In this document: positions 60,956 to 64,000 of the stretch, in pieces
Layout of the letters: every line of letters starts with the position of its first letter
Numbering within the stretch: the first letter of the stretch is position 1
NCBI GenBank assembly: GCA_965202985.1
Contig: CBDBCF010000001.1
Coordinates: forward strand, 256,001 to 320,000
From: Longimicrobiales bacterium
GTDB taxonomy: Bacteria; Gemmatimonadota; Gemmatimonadetes; Longimicrobiales; Gaopeijiaceae
DNA length: 64,000 nucleotides
Direction of reading: 5' to 3'
Position numbers and translations under genes: made by a program
Notes under the pieces: model-generated
Database searches by the model: none
What the model saw: the letters and a program-made list of their open reading frames with translations, nothing else
What the model was told of the DNA's origin: nothing

Positions 60956-63469
60956 TTACCCTCCTACGACGTCCACCTTCACGTAGGTGATGCGGCCCGT
61001 GATCCCGTAGGGCGACTCGGTGGGGTAGTCGAACGACCAAAGCTGGCCCACGTGTCCGTCCGGCAGCTTGTTGGGCAGCTTGTCCAGCAAGTTGTTCGCG
61101 CCGACCGCCAAGCGAATCCTGTCGGCCACGTCGATCGTCACCTCCACGTCGGCGATCATGGCTGCGTCCAAGGTGACCGGCTCTTCGAACACGAACGGAG
61201 ACGTAAGCGAACCGATGTGGTTCACGCGGAACCTGGCTCCGACGCCCCGCCCCGACCGCACGTCCACGCTGGCCCCGAACCGCTGCTTGGGCTGGGCCGA
61301 CTCGATGAGCAGGGTCTGCGTGTCGCGCACGAAGTTCGGGTTGCGGTTGCTGGTGATCTCGGTATCGTTGCGATGCCAGCTGGCCGACAGGTCGGCGGCG
61401 CCCCAGGACTTGCCCCGAACGCGCCACGTCGCCACCACGTCCAAGCCCCAAGTGCGCGTGTCGACGGCGTTGGTCCAGAACGCCACGCCGTTCACGGGCC
61501 GCCCCTGGAACTGGGCGTTCTCGCGCAGGCCGTGCGACGGTCCCAGCCCCTCGGTCAGGACGATGGCGTCCGCCACGGCCACCCGGTAGTAGTCGGCGGT
61601 GAGCAGAAAGCCCCTGTCGCTCTCGTACACGAAGCCGCCGGTCAAGCTGACCGACGTCTCGTGCTTGAGCGAGCACGCCTGGAAGTCCTGGCAGGCAATG
61701 TCGTCGCCCTCGGGCAGGAAGCCCGTGCTGGTCAGCCCGCCGCCCCCGCCCTGGAAGATGACGGTGTTGAAGCCCCGCTGTGGAAGGCGCGGGGCGCGAA
61801 AGCCGGTGGAGAACCCGGCGCGCAGGGCGGAACCCGATTCGCCGAGCGCAAGTCGCCCCGCCAAGCCGCCGGTCAGGGAGTTGCCCGCGTCGCTGTAGTT
61901 CTCGAAGCGAAGCGACGCCCTCATGTCCGCGGCGTCCGACACTTCGGCGTCCATGTCCACGTAGGCGCCCATGCTGTTGCGGCTCCGCTCGCTCGCCGTC
62001 GCGCTTTGCGGACTGTAGCCGGGGTAGCCCTGAATGCCGCAGCTGGCAAAGGCCGAACCGTCGGTGTTCTGCTGGTGGGCGGCGGGAAAGCTGCCCGGCG
62101 AGTTGCTCGGTCCGCACGCGTACGAGGCCAGATCGCCTTCCTCCATCCAGAAGCTGTCGCGGCGGAACGCGGCCCCGAGCGCCAGGAACCCGGTCCGCTC
62201 GCCCATGTCGATCTCCCGAGACAGGTCGGCGTTGACGTCCATCTGGCGGATGTTGAGGCCCCCGCTGAACACGTTGGACGGTCCTGCGTTGGCGGCGATC
62301 GCCGCGCCGTCGGCGCCGGGGTTGCGCGCCAAGAACTCGGCCGCGTAGGACGGATTGATGGAGTTGGCGGCGTTGAAGGCGAACCGGCCCTGGCCGAAGC
62401 CCGCGCTCAGGTCCGCGTTCCAGTCCGACAGCGAGCCGCGCGCGCCGATCACGGCGGAGGCGTCGGTCAAGTCGGACTCCTCCATGGGGAAGAAGCCGTT
62501 GGGATGCACGTAGGACACGTTCCTGGGCACCCAGTCCGCCTTCCGATACAGCCCGTCGCTAACGGCTCGCCGGCCCGCGTACCCGCCGAAGAGGTAGAAC
62601 TCTCCCGACTCGCCCATGGGCAGCGCGGAGTTGACCATGAGCGCGGCGCCCTCGTAGTCGGGCTCGCCGATGCGCTGGAGCTGCTCCACTCGGCCGCCCC
62701 CGGCGCAGGGCGCGTAGTTGGGGTCGGGGCCGAAGCACGTGGGCGCGGTTCCGGCGCGGGTCGTAGCCCCCTGTCGGGCGACCTCCATAGTCAGGTTCAC
62801 GAAGCCGTCGCCCAGCGCAACGCCCGCGTTCCCCGACGTGAGGAAGCGCGTGCCGTCGCCCCAGGAGGTCCGGCCCAGGTACGTGGAGCCGGTCATGCCG
62901 TCGTCCGCGTCCTTGAGCACGATGTTGATGACGCCCGCGACGGCGTCGGAGCCGTACATGGCGGCCGCGCCCTCGCGCAGGACCTCGATCCGCTTGACGG
63001 CGCTGATCGGGATGGCGCGCAGGTCCGTGCCCGTGGTGCCCAGCCCCAGCGAGGCGATGACCTTGGGGAACGCCACGCCGTGCCGACGCTTGCCGTTGAC
63101 CAGCACCAGCACCTGGTCCGGGTTCATGCCGCGGAGCGTGGCCACGTGGAGCGCGGCGCCGTCTCCCACGTTGAGGCGCGTGGAGTTGAACGAAGGCGCG
63201 ATGCTGCCCAGCGCCTCGGCAAGATCGACCTCTCCCAGGCGTTCGAGCTCCTCGGCGCCGTAGATGTCCACGGGCACCGCCAGCTCCGCCGGGTTGCGTA
63301 TCTGAGCGCGGGAGCCCACGACCACCTCCAGCTCTTCGAGCGCGAAGACCGAGTCGGGAGGCGGCGTCTGGGCGGCGGTCGGGGCGGGCGCGAAGGCGGC
63401 GGGCGCCAGCGCCAGCACCGACAGTGCGACGAGGGAGTGGGCAGGACGGGGTGCGGACGAACCGAACAT
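60956..63469 (-). CDS. TonB-dependent receptor
   Basis: VVVGSR, PVD, LRG..PDQVLVLVNGKRRH, IEVLR.GAAA.YGSDA.AGVINI.LK, STGFRAP, GANNL.D. Confidence 0.93.
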   Translation of the reverse strand: MFGSSAPRPAHSLVALSVLALAPAAFAPAPTAAQTPPPDSVFALEELEVVVGSRAQIRNPAELAVPVDIYGAEELERLGEVDLAEALGSIAPSFNSTRLNVGDGAALHVATLRGMNPDQVLVLVNGKRRHGVAFPKVIASLGLGTTGTDLRAIPISAVKRIEVLREGAAAMYGSDAVAGVINIVLKDADDGMTGSTYLGRTSWGDGTRFLTSGNAGVALGDGFVNLTMEVARQGATTRAGTAPTCFGPDPNYAPCAGGGRVEQLQRIGEPDYEGAALMVNSALPMGESGEFYLFGGYAGRRAVSDGLYRKADWVPRNVSYVHPNGFFPMEESDLTDASAVIGARGSLSDWNADLSAGFGQGRFAFNAANSINPSYAAEFLARNPGADGAAIAANAGPSNVFSGGLNIRQMDVNADLSREIDMGERTGFLALGAAFRRDSFWMEEGDLASYACGPSNSPGSFPAAHQQNTDGSAFASCGIQGYPGYSPQSATASERSRNSMGAYVDMDAEVSDAADMRASLRFENYSDAGNSLTGGLAGRLALGESGSALRAGFSTGFRAPRLPQRGFNTVIFQGGGGGLTSTGFLPEGDDIACQDFQACSLKHETSVSLTGGFVYESDRGFLLTADYYRVAVADAIVLTEGLGPSHGLRENAQFQGRPVNGVAFWTNAVDTRTWGLDVVATWRVRGKSWGAADLSASWHRNDTEITSNRNPNFVRDTQTLLIESAQPKQRFGASVDVRSGRGVGARFRVNHIGSLTSPFVFEEPVTLDAAMIADVEVTIDVADRIRLAVGANNLLDKLPNKLPDGHVGQLWSFDYPTESPYGITGRITYVKVDVVGG

Positions 63470-63493
63470 GGGACAGGCTCCTGGAAGGAAAGG

Positions 63494-63529
63494 CGGGAAA
63501 CAGGACGCAACCGGGAAACAGGACGCAAC
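63494..63529. repeat. Perfect 18-bp tandem duplication (CGGGAAACAGGACGCAAC x2) in the receptor leader
   Basis: Read directly. Confidence 0.85.
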
Positions 63530-63601
63530 CTGAATTCTAGTATGAAAGAACGCCCGCGGGGCGCAAGCCCGCTCGGCCCATGGCGCACGCAGCCGCCGGG
63601 G

Positions 63602-64000
63602 TCAGTCGCCCGTCTCGAACTCCTCTTCCGACAGGCGGAAGCCCTCCGCGAGCTCCGGGTCCGTCTCGGTTCCGAGGATCCGTCCGGCCAAGTACTCGCC
63701 CACCACGGGGCCAAACTTGAACCCTTCGGCCGAACCGCCGCCGGCCAGCCACGCGTTGTCGAACTCGGGGTGGCGGTCGAGGATGAAGTTGCGGGTCGCG
63801 GACACCTCGTAGTGACAGGCGCGGGTCTCGCTCACGGGGGCGTCGGCCAAGCCGGGAAACCGCTCGCTCACGACGGCGCGGGGGCGCTCCAACTCTTCCG
63901 GCAGAAGCAGGCGGCGACTGGTGTCGGGGTCCTCGGGGCCGCGCCCGCCCGTCCTGACGCGGAAGCCGCGGTTGTCGGGGGTCAGCGCCGGCCAACCGGT
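63602..64000 (-). CDS. FAD-dependent oxidoreductase (sarcosine oxidase/DAO-like), 3' part
   Basis: RFPGL..AP....R.C.YE, NFILDRHP, GGGSAEGFKFGP..G; runs off the window end. Confidence 0.85.
   Translation of the reverse strand, partial: TGWPALTPDNRGFRVRTGGRGPEDPDTSRRLLLPEELERPRAVVSERFPGLADAPVSETRACHYEVSATRNFILDRHPEFDNAWLAGGGSAEGFKFGPVVGEYLAGRILGTETDPELAEGFRLSEEEFETGD

Noticed and set aside
63470..63601. Riboswitch upstream of the TonB-dependent receptor
   Set aside because: Only about 130 nt, with no recognisable cobalamin or TPP consensus

Overview
High-GC bacterial DNA. The SusC/SusD pair, TonB receptors and caa3-type oxidase operon in a high-GC background suggest Gemmatimonadota (inference). 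About 2.0-40.9 kb is a mosaic defence island built on a type 3 BREX backbone: brxF, brxC/DUF6079, two near-identical pglXI methyltransferases, pglZ and brxA, with no brxHII helicase visible. The island also carries a NYN nuclease plus NACHT NTPase pair and a ubiquitination-like operon (Ubl-E2 fusion, JAB-E1 fusion, DUF2971, SocA/Panacea-like protein) that runs directly into pglZ. Further cargo includes HEPN-like and PD-(D/E)xK solo genes, a convergent PIN/AbrB pair, an MbcA-like/ABC-ATPase/DUF4276/AAA cluster, a type II R-M pair, two decayed pglZ copies, and IS1634, IS21, IS1380, IS1182 and IS3 elements or remnants. The remainder (1-1.8 kb and 41-64 kb) is ordinary host DNA: a metalloprotease lipoprotein, a DUF6036 pair, a PHP hydrolase, a cupin, TlpA, the cytochrome c oxidase operon, an MBL hydrolase, SusC/SusD, a TonB receptor and a partial FAD oxidoreductase. 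The best candidates for new biology are the Ubl-E2/JAB-E1/DUF2971/SocA module placed where BrxHII normally lies, the NYN-NACHT pair, and a 71-bp palindromic operator/promoter cassette upstream of both pglXI copies, which differ by a swapped loop. All family calls come from motif recognition by eye; no searches were run.
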